DNA of 64,000 bases, taken from NCBI RefSeq assembly GCF_006345805.1, contig NC_042997.1:176514001-176578000 (forward strand), in the 5' to 3' direction. How positions within the stretch are numbered: position 1 is the stretch's first letter; every line of letters begins with the position of its first letter. Made by a program: the position numbers and the translations under genes. Shown here piece by piece: positions 1-14,017 of the stretch. This DNA is from Octopus sinensis (lineage: Eukaryota). The notes beneath the pieces are model-generated. The model had not been told where the DNA came from and did not search any database. It saw only the letters and a list, made by a program, of their open reading frames with translations.

Positions 1-171
1 CCATCGCTTGACAACCGATGTTGGTATGTTTACGCCCCTGAAAATTAGCAATTCAGCAAAAGGGGTTGATAGAATAAGTACCAGGCTTACAATGAATAAG
101 TCCTGGGGTCGATTTATTCAACCAAAGGTGGTACTCCAACATGGCCTCAGTCAAATGACTGAAATAAGAGT

Positions 172-650
172 ATGTATGCGTATGTGTATACATGTGTGTG
201 TGTATGTATGTGTGCATATGTATATTCATGCATGTGTGCGTCTATGTATGTGTGCATATGTGCATGTATGTGTACATTCATGTATGTATATGCACATGTA
301 TATATATGTATATGCACGTGTATTTTTATATATATGTATATGCACAAATTTATATATGTATATGCACACATATATATATGTATGTATATGCACACATGTA
401 TATATATATATATATGTATATGCACACACGTGTATATATATGTATATGCACACACGTGTATATATATGTATATGAACACACGTGTATATATATGTATATG
501 AACACACATATATATGCATGTATATGAACACACACATATATGCATGTATATGAACACACACATATATGCATGTATATGAACACACATATATATGCCTGTA
601 TATGAACACATGTATATATACATATATATGCACACTTCTGCATATATATA
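172..650. repeat. Alternating purine-pyrimidine minisatellite (22-26 bp units such as cacacgtgtatatatatgtatatg)
   Basis: Direct reading; explains the low-complexity ORFs in both orientations. Confidence 0.9.
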
Positions 651-1699
651 TGTATATGTTTCTGTGTAATTTTAATTCATATCCTTTACGATTTATTAAA
701 AAAAAAAAAGCGTTTCCAATGGTAACACATTACTAATATCTGTATATATTCATCATTTCATATTTTAGTTTTAACTTTTTATTTATATTCATTTTTTCAA
801 TGTTTCCTTATTTATTGTTATTATTTTAACTTTCTGTTAATTTCTTCTTGTTTATTCTGTTCATTATTGCTTAATACTTTACAGCTTGAAATTCTTTACT
901 TTTTTTTTTTTCATTTCAAACTCAGTGCCACTGCACCTTTTCATTGTTGTGTGCTTCAATGGTGGTGTACAGTGGTGCCAAAGTCTCTTAGTTCTCTAAA
1001 CATTTTGCTTAACACTGGTGCATGTACATTTGGCCAAGCTCTACAAAGCTCTGATCACTGTGTATCAACAAGCACATGTGTTTACTTTTTGTTTCTGCTA
1101 ATTACTGCAAAATTGCTGAAAATCTGCCAAATTTTCATATAAGCTTTTCTAAGGTAAGCTTGAAGTTAAAGTATCACTAAGTATCTTCGTCAATTTTTAA
1201 TGCAAGCTTACTGTATATAAGAAAATATTGATCTCCCTCTTGTATTAGTGCAGCTATACTTGGTGGATTTGACACTATTATTATCTTCTCTGCTTTCATT
1301 AAGTTCAGTCTTTAAAATAGGTATTCTGTCTCCCTAAATTATTTGTATTGCTGTGTATTCTTTGAGGCTTTTTTCTTAATTTTATTTTCTCTCTCTTTTC
1401 ATATGTAATGTGTCATTACATCCTAGTATATATATATATATATATATAGGAATTAATTTTCTTCATTACATACATCAATTCATATCAGTGAATTTATTCC
1501 ATTGATATAAAAACTTTGATAAATATTAATTTAAACTATCAAAGTGTACTAATGTTATTTTATTTATTTTTCTGTATTCTATTTGTATTGCATGTTTTAA
1601 TTTCTTTGAAGTATTTCATAGTATAATATTTGTTGGTAATTATAATTTTAACTTTGTTTCATAGAATTTCTTTACAAAGTACATTAATTTCTCATTCAG

Positions 1700-2070
1700 T
1701 TTTCAACTGGAAGCTCTTAGTGATCATATTGAGATGCCAAGGAAAAACAATGAGAGATATGAAATGTATGAAAAGAATGAAAGAGGTGTATTCAGTGGCA
1801 GTGTGAAAGGTCTTCATAGTCTTTCTGAACAGTTGTGAAGAAATTTGCTCTTTCTTATGGAGTACAATAATAGTCATCGAAATATGCTAACACTTGGAAA
1901 TATTTCACATAGAAAAGGTACTACTAGAAGAACAACGAGTAGTCAGTGTTAAAGTTGGTTCCATTCAAATAGGAAGTATTTTATACATGAATACAAAAGA
2001 TGCATGATGAGTTAAATTTAATAGCAGAAATGCCACTAACTTCAATTTTGTTACCTGGGGAATCAATTGT
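1700..2070 (+). mobile_element. Possible second pogo-type remnant
   Basis: RRTTSSQ...HDELNLIAEMPLT(FNFV) resembles pogo RRTTIAQ...IGNMDETPLTFD; heavily decayed. Confidence 0.4.
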
Positions 2071-3179
2071 TAAAAAAAAAAAAAATGACCTTGTGCACAT
2101 TCTCAAATCAACTTTTTGTTGATATAAAAGATAAATTTATACATTATATAAAATGGGTAATTAAAAGTGAACCAGACTCTTCAGAAAATTTGTTCAATGA
2201 AAGGTGGCAAAACTGAAGGTCATGCCATTAAGTTTTAAATTAACTAACATGTGAATAATATATTTTTAATACAATTAAGACAGGTGCTCAGTACGAAAAG
2301 AAAATTGATTGACAAATTAGATGTAATCACTGGCTCTTAACATCTTGAAAATCTCTATAAATTTATGATGTTGTGCAACAATACTAAGTAATGCACTTTG
2401 CCCTCTACATCCTGCTTTTTACCATTCTCAAATGAAAATTATGTCTTGATTCATTGATTAAACTCAATGTACTTGCGATTCGTATGCAAAAGAAGTAACT
2501 TTGGTGATCTGAATTTGTGATAACATTAGTTAGTTAAATGGTAATTTATAAATAAATGCATGTGTATAAAGATCAAGACAAAAAAAGGGGGTAGGGTGAA
2601 GCATAGGGTTTTGGTTTATAAAATGTTATCAAGAAAGGTATTTTTGAGACTTGGTCAATTATATCTACATTGAAAACCACACATGCCACCTAGTACGTTT
2701 CAATTTTTGACTCAAAGAAAAAATTTTAAATAGGACACAACTACATGCATTATTTACTGAACCTTTTCTGGACTTGAAATTCAATGCACCAAGATATGCA
2801 TACATTCTATTGCTTCTACACATTATTCAGTATGTCAGGTGGTTTGATAACATCACTTCACAGTTGGTATATCTGCATGTGTGAAAATAAACTCAGCTAC
2901 TTGAGCAGAGTTCAGTTCTACTCTGAAACAAAATAAATATGCTTTTGATATCTAAACCTATTACCTGCATTATCATATCTATCTAAACCCATTACCTGTA
3001 TATGCATAGATTTGTTGGTAAAGTGTCTAAAAATTAATTCTACTTAATTCTACACAACCTATGTGACTTATGGCCATCTGCACTTCTGACCATAAGAAAT
3101 AGAGTACATATTGTCTTTTTCACATTTATGTACAATAATTATGGATTAAGTTTTTGTGTTTTATATTTTTATAACCTGT

Positions 3180-4090
3180 TTGAATGGAAATAGTATTGAA
3201 AAATATAAATCTTATGACTAGTCAGTTGGAAATCATGATACCGAGAGAATGTTTTGTGTTGGAAAAATTGAGTGACTGGCATAAGCAAAAAGAGACACTC
3301 AACAAAATGCCAAAACAAAACATGTTAAATAATGTACTGTTTTCCCATATGAACAATTGGTAAAAGATTTATCTGCTTTGATATGAGAATTATGTTCAAA
3401 TGGAGTTGTTACCCTCATGATTATTACAATAAAATCATTAAAGTTATCTATAGATTCATATAAATATATTTTTCTAAAGCTCCATTTCCCAGCTCCTATG
3501 ATTTTGACATCCTGCTGACACTTCTCTGGATGCCTCAAGAAGTTGTACCCTAAGTATAAAAGCAACTGGATATGAAAGGCAATATTTTTCATGTGCTTAG
3601 TTGATGGCACAAAACTTCAGCCAAATGGTAATATTTAAATAAAAAGCTATAACAAAAGAAAATTTTCTAAGTGTTAAGTTTACTGAAAGAGATGGATGAA
3701 ATGCATTTGGTTGAAAAGACCTGGATTTCTTCTTAGGCCAATGATATTACTTCTATAGAACCTTTTCCATATATATTAGTGTGAATTTGTAAAGATGGAA
3801 TTACAAGAGAATGAAAGAAAGTGCTCAGTGATCCTTTGAGATTGACCATCATTTCTGCAGCTGTTTCAGTAAGCTATTTGAAACACATTGATAACTGTGG
3901 AACATGTGAGTGGTATCTGGAACCAAGGAAAGAGTGGGAAGTGCCCAGGCTTAGATTTTGTTGTACAAGAGATGAAAGTGGCGAAGGAAAGAGTTCCAAA
4001 TTAAATGGTGCTAAAATCTTTTTAAAAGTGTGACATTGTCAGTGCAGTAGATGAAATGAGATAAATTGCTATTCAAGGAATTTTTAAGAG
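3180..4090 (+). mobile_element. Decayed pogo-type (POGK-like DDE_1) transposon
   Basis: Frameshifted pieces: SDWHKQKETLNKMPK (Brinker-type DBD), SIKATGYERQYFSC..DGTKLQP MVIFK, VPN*MVLKSF*KCDIVSAVD. Confidence 0.7.
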
Positions 4091-7000
4091 GATAAACAAG
4101 TGACTAACAGATGAGAATTATTTTGAAATTGGAGTTTGATGTATATACAAATGATATTTTGGGGTGTAAAAGTCATAACACAGATTTAGTAGTCATGACT
4201 GATTTTCATCTGTAATTCCGTGAACTCCTGAAGCTTTTGTGTAGACATTATAAGCATTTTAAATAAAATTCCTTAAAATCAATTCATAAATGCTTATTTC
4301 ATTATACTGGTCTCATGAATTTATATATACATGTCTTTCAGGTGTGCAAAACATATGCAGTTTTCTGTTGGTCATCTGTAATCCATTAGATTCTTCGTTT
4401 ATTGTCAGTCAGTCAGGAATGGCTATTTAAAGCACTGGTTGGTCTGTTTGTTTTGGCCATAGATCATAGCTATACATTTGCATGGTACCTATTTTGGAAC
4501 CTGTTAGACTATATTAGAAATTATTTGGATTATTTTAGTCAAGTGTGTTTATTATTTAAACACAGCTGCAAGTGAACTTATGAGCAATATTCACAAACTG
4601 AAACCCCAAAAATGGAGAGCATCACTTGTATACACAATAGAATAATGCTATGCATTATTAAACCATTAACATACTGAGAAATAAGTGATCAAAGTATTTA
4701 ATCTCATTTCCTTTTGTCTTTTAATAGCTACAATTTTTTATTCAATAAATACTTGTCATTGTCATTTATATGTTAATTTGTTTTAAAATTTTTTTTACCT
4801 GTGTATACCTAATTGGTTTGTTTTATGTTTGATATTCTTAATTTATTAACAAATAATCAATACTAGAATTTAAGTAAACAAAACAACCCACGTTAGTTAT
4901 TAGTACTTATTCTAATCTTTTCTAAAATAAGCAATGAGACACAGATATTTAATAGCTGTTTATAAATTTCTTTGTTTCAGAAATATATTACTAGTTTAAC
5001 CTCATTCCTTTTTGCTTTGAATTTATAAAATATTATAGTTATTGAATAAATAGAAAGATAATTGAGATAATGTTACCATTTTTAATCAGTTTTATCTGAA
5101 GCTATAGAAATTAAATTAGTGTTCAAACATGGGGATCAATTACTTATCAGTTTGTCGCAACAGTTGATTTGTTGACTTTATCTACTTATTCCCAATAATT
5201 AAATTAAATGTTAAATTTTGTGTGCGTGTGCGTAAGCTCTTGAGGTTACTGTTGTGAACTTTTTGAAAGGATAATTGAAATCTATTTAATCAACTGTTGG
5301 TAAGAAAAATTACTTGGAATGAGATATAATTCTTAAACATGTATGTTTATTCTAATTGCCTAGTCCTACCCCACTTCTCTCATGACAATGATTTTTATAT
5401 AATACTTATTGAAATTTCATGTGCTATTTGTTGTTATGAATTTGTTTTTTTTTTTCTCTAGTTTTTGCTAAATAGCTGGACTTTATCTTGATTTACCTCT
5501 TCCTTAAAACATTAACCTTTGATTTTGATAAATGTCCATTGGGGTGTGTATGAACCATATCTTATCCACATGAACAATAGTCTACACAGAGACACACAAA
5601 CATATATGCTGACAGGTCTCATTCATTAGCAATATGTACTTCTATAGTTTACTTTTTTTTTTCATAAGTATTATTGTTATAGCCAAAAGGACATGGTAAA
5701 TTTCTTACTGCTGTAAATCATCTTATGTGAAGTGAATAAGTTCATTTGTAAAGGAAATGTAGTCTAGTTACTTTAGGCATAATCTATAATTTATACATAC
5801 TCTTCCATGTATACATGAATAAAAGAAATGTTCAAATAATTTTCTAAATTAAAATGAATTTGATGTCAGTTTTTGGAGGGGAGTTGTTGTTAGTATTTTT
5901 CTCTAATTTGAAAGCAAATATCGACCAGTAAAGCCATAACATTAATAATGATCATTGTCTGAATATAAGTAATTTTTTAAAATATATATTTATTGATTTT
6001 CCTTGAATTGAATAACACTAATATATTCTTAACAGTTTATAAATAGAAATTGTCTCAAGTGGTGTTTCTGCAGAAGGTTGTGAGTGTGTTTCTAAGTATG
6101 TTTGGGTACATATGCAAGCATATTCATATACATATATAAATTATATTTATGATAACCAGATAAAATATTTCTGTGGTAAAAAACGGAAATAAAAGGCATA
6201 ACATTTTTATGAGCAAACAAGTGAAGGAATATATGAACACAGCTGTTACTCCTGACACGTTTGCTACTTCTGATGTCATATGTCAATGAAAATTTGTACA
6301 TTTACCACTTTTTTACATGAATTATAACATTTTATTTATTTTTTCCCCTCTAATTTTATTATATATTTCATGGAAGATCTAATTTTTGAAATATACTTTT
6401 TGTTCCCTATCCCTCAATGTGATATTAACAAAAATGTTAATTTATAAATTGTGTTAGTTAACATTGATTTATAAAGTGTTACAAATCAATCTATTGTGTA
6501 CACGTACACTTTTATTTTTTGTTTTCTACCTAAAGATTTTTTTTCTCTATGAACTATTTAAAAGAAAAACTTTATCAATGATGTAGCTAATATTTACTAA
6601 TTAATCTTTATAAATTAAGATATATTTATGAAAGTTTTATTCTCTCTTTTACAAGCACAAAGAATATTTAAAAAAAATACAACTCAAGAAACAAACTATT
6701 CTAAGCAAGAATATTGCTATCTTTGGTTTTGGTATTATTTTCCCATCCAGGTGTAGTTTAGTAGTTTAGATAGGTGTGACACATTGCCATTGATCTTAAT
6801 TCTGCAGCATCTCATCTCATGTTCTCTGTAAGATCAAAACTTTCTCAGGCTGAAAATAAATTCATTTTTAGGAAGAAAACCATTCAGCTTTTGATGACTG
6901 GGCAAACTTTCATTTATTTTTGTGTCTCCCACGCATTAAAATAAGTTTTTAAAATTCAATTCTGTTAGTTCAAATGAATTGATTTTTCTATTTTGTGGTG

Positions 7001-10000
7001 GTTGATGTAGATTCTAACTATTAAAGAAACAAAATAATACCAAAAGGTCTTTTTTTAAGATGTGTCAAAAAATATTAATTTGATCAAGATCATTAAGTAG
7101 ATGAAAGTCTATAGGGATCTTTGGCAAAGTCTTCTGCAACATTTCTTGAAATAATGTTAATTCTTACCTCTTTGTTCAGTTTTGCTTAACACAGCTTTTT
7201 TTCCTTTTCTTTTCTGCTTGCTTGAAAGGCTAAACTTGTTTAATCTAGCATGATAGTGTTGTTAAGCTTTATTTGTAAAGTATTTGGACTATTTCCCTCT
7301 GATCTAATCAAGAAGATTTATCCTTCAAGACACATACGCACATGCACGTGTGTTTATGTGTGTGCATTTAGAAACAAATTAGTTGCTAATAAATTGGTTC
7401 AATGATTTCATATTTGAATGTCAAGAAGTAATTATATTTCTCAAAAATATTTAATTTACTCCTATTGTTCTCTATTTTTTGCTTTCTTTTCTTTCCATGA
7501 AATGAAACTTTAAATATGAAATAAGAAAAAGACTTCATGATTATTAGTGATTGAGTAGAATCCAGCTCAGAGTTTTGGAGATTTTGATTTCTTAGTTTGC
7601 GACATATCACTTCTATTAGTAACTCATTTAAGAAAGGCATGAATGTCACACATTCACATTGCTATTCCACTGTAAATTTGAGGTCTTATTCCTCTGTAAG
7701 AAATATGAGATATATTTTAATTCAGACTTATGACATTGTTTAAAAGTTTGACATTTCTTTCTAACTTATTTCCCAGTTGTTACACATCTTAATTCAAACT
7801 GTGAAACTGGACAATCTTTGCTTAAGTAGACAGGCATTTCAAGTACTGTTCCTTTTAGTTATTATTCCTCAGTCAATAATTGTTTATATCCTCAACTGTT
7901 AATATTAGAAAACAAAAAAATAATATGAAGAGCTTCTTACAAGGTGAAGAAGGACGTGATAATTTATATTTTTGCATTGTAAGAAGCTTTTCACAATATT
8001 TCTTTGTATTCTTATATCGTAATGCTTCAAGCAAACTATAACACTGTTGTTAATGTTAGACCTATGAATTCAAGATGAATTCTAACCCTTCAGGTTTTAT
8101 AATTGCTGCTTTTGAAAGTACATTTGTCTTTTATTCTTTTCAGAATATTTATAGGATCATATATAAAGAATATTTTTCTAACTCCTAAATCTTTTTTGGT
8201 ATAAAAATGTGCAAAGTTATTGTATATTTTTTCTTTGGTTTGTAATCTGCAGCTATGCATTCAAAATGTGAAAATAGCATGAGAACCAATGTTATATAAA
8301 GGGTGAAATTATGCATCTATCAACAATTTTTTTCTTGTTGATTTTTATTAGGCCCCTAAGCAATTATCTGTCTGCATTTAATAATGTTCTTTAACATACA
8401 CTTAGTAGAAAAATGAAAAAAATTGACATTGAAAATTGAGTAAAAATTTTGGTAAAACTCAGCCAAAGCTTTTTCATTTTCTAATGATACATGCAATTTG
8501 ATTAATAGATTGAAAATATATACAAAATTTTCAAAGTAAAACATTAACTTCTTTGATTTTGACAAGTACAATTATCAACTTGGAAACTACATTTCTTAAG
8601 TACATTTATTTCAACAAATGTGGAATTGAATGAAATTATGTCAGAATAAGATTTTCAATCATTAACATATGTTAATTTTCCTTTGTCTGTTTGAAATTTA
8701 AATTTTGAAATTATTACATATAAATGAAATATTTTTCTACGAATGAAATTGTGATCTTGTTCTTTAAAAGTGATATGTTGTAATATGTAGAAAAACATGA
8801 GAATGTTATTCTGCTGCAGGTATTTTGTGCTTATGAGAAATGACTGAAGAGTTTATAACGTGATATTTAAGAAATGAGGCAGTGTTTAAAAATGAATAAT
8901 GAAAGTCTGTGTAATTATCATCTCATTATAGATATTTTGTTTTCATGGGAACTGCTTGAAAATGTATTTTAACCTTATACTACTGAAGCTTAGACTTACT
9001 CCCCACTGTATACCATATTTAAGTAATTGAAATTTTAGAATTGTTCTCGTGTTTATTTGACCAGAGTTCGTGATTAATAACAATTGTTCTCATCACAAGG
9101 GGAGTAATGAGTTAATTTGAAATATCCTGACTTGTTATATCAAGTATACTGTTTTTCATACTATTGTCATGCAGTAGGTATCTCTGAATATTCCCCCTCT
9201 ACCTCCAACCATTGTTATCTGATATAGGATTATCAAAGAGAAATCCACTGATTTATCTAAAACTCACTTCTTTGAGACAAGTTTGATAGACATTCAAGTT
9301 ATTAAATTTTAGATCTCAGAAAACACATTTTGTAGGTAAAGTGGTTAAGTATGAGCTCAAAGTGTTGAAAATTCCTACAGGAGCATGTTCAACTAAGAGC
9401 TGTTAAGCCTAGAATTAAGTGGCCAGTTCTACTGGAAATGCATGTATCTCAACTATCCATAAATATTACAGTTGATTTGTTTTTGGCATCATCAAAATGA
9501 ATATCAGCGCCTGATGCTAAGAGAGCAAGTTAAGCTACTCCATCTTTGTTCATAAGTAAAAACAAAACTCAAGAGAGATTGTCTGATGAAAGATTGTTTA
9601 AATTTTGAAAAAGTAGATACTTTATTCATTTATAAACATAAATTTCAAAATATTGTATTACTAGTTATGGTGTACTAAAAATTACCATTAAAAATATATA
9701 TTGATATTTTATGTGACTTGATGTTTCATTTCTTGTATTTTACCTCTGAAATTATTTTTAAAAGCAGTTCTCATGTTATTTTTTTTACCACACAAACTTT
9801 GGCCATTACTTTTATTTATATTTTTTATTACCTAAATAATATAAACACCTATTGTTAAAGCATACTTACAAGTAAACTCATGTCTTTTATTCTTAATTTC
9901 TCTTGGAAATTTCTCAAATTTCCATTTTAGACAATTGTTGAATAATGATAACAACAACAACAATAATTTGTCTGTAATCTTATTGATATTGTTAATTTAA

Positions 10001-11149
10001 AACTTCATTTTCAAAAAAATTCAAAGATTTTATATAACATTTCTGTTTTTCATTGGGAATATCAGATTTCTAACTGGTACAGTTCTGTGAGCAAGTCACA
10101 TGGTGATAAAGTAATATAAAGGTTGGGTGACAATAGAAGAGGAAGCAAAAAAAAAAAAAAACCCAATAGGCTTTAATGAAAAATTATATATAAATTACAT
10201 GTAACTAGAAGAAAAGCAGGCGGTTGGCAGTGTGTCAATTTCTACATGAAGAGAACATGAACTGTGAAGAGTTTCAAATTGTGAGGTAGTACTCTTATTA
10301 GCAATAAGAAGCCCAGAAACTTATTAAAGTAGTAGTATAAATGAGTCAGAAAATGTCTATTCCTAATTAGGACCATCAAAAGGAATATTTATAGAAATCA
10401 AAATGAGAATTATGGCCACCATTGTCGAGATTTTAATGCTCATTTTTTACACTTGCATGGGTGTTGGGGAAATCAGTCGTATCACTAAACACCTGTCTTT
10501 TGTCATCTTTTCTGTGAAGTCCAGTATTCTGGGATCTAAAGAGATGAAAAACAGACAATTGGTGATATACTGTAGACATGTCTAAGCATTTAAGGCCAAG
10601 AACTACTGAAACTTTGTGGAAATAGTTGTTGAGATGCTGAATGCACTTGGATGGGGTTTTGTCTCCATAGCTATCTCCTTTACTGATCAGAATATGCAGG
10701 AAAGGGTTACATATAAACACTGTAATTTACTGCAAAAGTAAGGGTATCAATCTGTTTGAAATTACAAGCTGGTGTATATTTGATTTAAATATTATTCAGT
10801 TTGAGTGTGTAGCTGAGTATTGATTTGTAGAAGCTATATTTAGATAAATGAATCTGCTTTGCATGTGGTGAACTGTAATACATTACATTTCTTCATCTCT
10901 TACTCTTTTTTTAACTCTCCATTGTTTTTCTTCCACTTTTCTCTTCTCAGCTGATACATGAATACGCAATCTGCATCTCTCTCTTTTTTTTTCAGCTATC
11001 TCTATTGTTCCTTTCATTTAATCTCTTTCATTTACACCCTCCTGTACCTACTCTCCTCTTTTGTCTCCCACAGCTAGATAATAGTGGCTCCAGTTTTTTG
11101 TTACATTGTTTTACTAAAATACAACATAACAAAATTTATTGGCTTATTT

Positions 11150-11552
11150 TTATTACCTTCTTCACCTCTAAGTTTTGTCAAATCTTTCCAATATTTGTCC
11201 ATTTTGTTGCCATCTGTTTCTTTTGCTATGTCTCTGAATCCTGTCTGTCAATTTTGTCATCCATCTGTTGTCACTTGTCCTCTGGATGTAGCCAACTTCA
11301 TCCAGTCCAACCCAACTCTATTTAAGATTTTGTGAACTTGACATTATCATTTAGTTTTTTGTTTTTAATTTAATTTTGTTTTGTGGTCTTTCTTCTTTAT
11401 TCAAAACATGTTTGTGAGTATGTTGAGCTGTTCCTGGCTTGTTTGTTAGATCTGTTGTTGGGTTATATGTTTCTGCTTTCATAAAAATTGCAGTGATGAT
11501 GTGTTGGTTGTAAACTTGTCTTTTGAGGCTTAGGTGCATTTTGTTTCTAAAA
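11150..11552 (-). mobile_element. RTE-clade LINE 3' fragment
   Basis: FRNKMHLSLKRQVYNQHI..AET...VGYIQRTSDNRWMTKLTDRI matches the RTE C-terminus LKRKVYNQCILP..YGAETW...WAGHIARRTDNRW. Confidence 0.8.
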
Positions 11553-11699
11553 ATGGAACTTACCTTCTTGAAGTATTGTCAGTCAAAGGTAACGTTTTAT
11601 ATTTCTTTACCTGGTTGTGTTGTTATAAATTGGTTAAAGTAACTTTTTACTATCAACCCATTTTATTAGAGCTTGAATTTTTAAATCTTAAAATTTAAA

Positions 11700-12310
11700 G
11701 ATCCAAGAGGCAGGAGATAGTTACAGCCCATAGATGGGTAACTTAGGAGATTCTCATGCCAGATATTAAAAGCTTTACTAAGATCAAGGGCAGTTCTCAA
11801 GTTCCCAGAAGTAAGACACCACAAGTGTGTGATCTAAGAGAGAGCAATAGAGTAGTATTTGGTAAGGTTGGTCTTGAAAATGGGACTCATTATGTTTTTA
11901 TGGAATACGGCAAACTCCTACTTAGAAAGCTTGAGTTTGGTGAGCTGGCTCTAGAGTATACTGTTTAAGAATAATGGAAAAGAGAACCAAGATATTTGTT
12001 AGCTTGTAATGAAAAAGAGAACCAAGATATTTGTTAGCTTGTAATGATTGGGAATGTTTTTACACATGGTGAGTGTTCCTATATGATGATGAAAGGGAAG
12101 AGTTTGAAAGGAGTTTGTTTGTGCATTGTGGAACTGAAGTGGTATCTTTATTGGCAAGAGTGATACTTAGAGGGCCTACTTGGCTGGGGAGTTGCAGGTA
12201 GGAACTATTTGGTGATATTTTGGTTCTGTGAAGGAAGAGGAGAGACATACTTAGAATGATAGTACCTGTCATATTTTTAGTCATCCAATCCATTTCACCC
12301 TTGAGCAACT
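11700..12310 (-). mobile_element. LINE reverse transcriptase remnant (CR1/Jockey-like group)
   Basis: ALDLSKAFN.IWHENLLS (ALDISKAFDRVWH motif); contains a ~36-bp tandem duplication at about 11977-12047. Confidence 0.7.
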
Positions 12311-13798
12311 TCTCTCATGTGTGTGTGTGTGTCAGTTGTAATGATACTGAGTCTTCTTTTAATAACAGCATTGCAGATATATTGCTAATAATAATATTGC
12401 CAGTGATATTGTTTCAAAAAATTGAATTTTAAGTGTATTCCTTTCCTTTTTTTTTTGTATAAAAATAAAGATCAAAACAAAATATGCAAATACAAAGAGA
12501 AAATAGAAGTGGGAGAACCCACATCTCACTTTTTCATTTTCATTTGTTTGTAAGTTTTGCTTGTCTGAAAATGTAAACATCTATTTGCTGTTCAAAATGA
12601 GTAATATAATTTATTTTTGTTATACACTATTTAATTTTTTTTATTTTCTGTTTTTATTTGTATCATTAGTTCTTTTTTAAAAAAAAAATTCATTTTTTTC
12701 TTTGCTCTACCCTTCTCCCTGTTTAACTAGTCAAAAATTCATCCCATGAAACCATTAGTTTGAAGATGAAGAAATATAAGTAAACCCTGTGAGATTGTGA
12801 AAGGTTGCATTCACAGCTGTTTGTTAAAAAATTACTTATCTGTAAATTATGTTCTCTATAATATGGAAATTCTGTTTCAAATATGCTTATTTTTGTTGTT
12901 GTTGTTGTGATTGAATGTTTTCTGTTTTAATTGTTGTGATAATTGTTGTTGAAAGCTGTTTTGATCACAAATGGAAAACAAAACTATAATCAGCTTTAGC
13001 TTATAATTTATGCAAACAGCTTTTGAAATCCAATCACAGCAGCCTTTTTGGAATATTGCAAAGCTAAACTTCTTTTTTGGTCACCTTACCATAGGTAAAT
13101 TTTTCATGGTGTTATAGATCAATGTAAATATTTTCAATGCTTAGACATTTTCTTTTTAAATCTATCATTTACCTTTTTCTATTTTTACACTCATTTATCT
13201 CTGAATTATTAACAGACAGTGGACATGGCTGTTGTAGTAGCCCACTGAAATAAATATTTGACAGTATTTAGTTTTTGTCTGTCTTATGAGTTCAAACCCC
13301 ACATGAATTGATCTCATCTTTCATCCTTCCTTGGTTGATAAAATACACAGTAGTGTACAGAATTCCTTCCTTCCTTACAAACAAACAAAAGTTGTTTTTA
13401 TTGTTCAAGGAATAATGATGTTTGAACTGCATGCAACTCAGTTTTTATTACTGGTGAAAACTATTAACTTCATTTATGTTGCTAAAGCCATTGAGAGAGG
13501 TGGTTATGGGGTGTTAAAGTACCACTGCTCTCTATCTGACATTTTGTCATGTCAAATACATGTCTTTTGTTTTGAGATAAAATCTTAGCGATATCAACTT
13601 TGCCTTGAATGTTCAAGATCAACAGATTAGAACCAAAAATAAGTTGCGAAAGAAATTTAATTGTAAAGAAAATAGAGTTGGAGCAGACATTTGGTAGTTT
13701 CCTACAAAGTGAATGTTATCTAATTTGGCACATTCTTTTCTTTTATTATGGCAGGGTTTGCATTTGCATTTCAATTTTCTTAATTCAATAAAATGAAT

Positions 13799-14017
13799 AG
13801 TTGGCAGTGAGCTGGCAGAAACGTTAGCATGCTGGTAAAAAATGCTCAGCAGTATTTTGTCTGTCTTTATGTTCTGAGTTCAAATTCTGCTGAGGTTGAC
13901 TTTGCCTTTCATCCTTTCAGGGTGGATAAATTTAGTACCAGTTGCATACTGGGATCGATCTAATCGACTGACCCCCTCCCCTAAAATTTCAGGCCTTGTG
14001 CCTAGAGTAGAAAAGAA
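13799..14017 (+). mobile_element. tRNA-derived SINE, family A (other copies near 13213, 14110, 14290, 17170, 29110, 57533 on +; 35100-35620 x3 and 44085 on -)
   Basis: A-box-like tggcagaaacgttag, B-box-like gagttcaaatt, shared body gactttgcctttcatcc..aagtaccagt..aaatttcaggccttgtgcc recurring in the window. Confidence 0.8.

Noticed and set aside
8-643. Overlapping M/Y/I/C/V/H-rich ORFs on both strands
   Set aside because: Translations of an alternating purine-pyrimidine minisatellite.
921-1140. Relatively GC-rich, coding-looking stretch
   Set aside because: All frames contain stops and only vague HMG- or Tc1-HTH-like resemblance; cannot assign.
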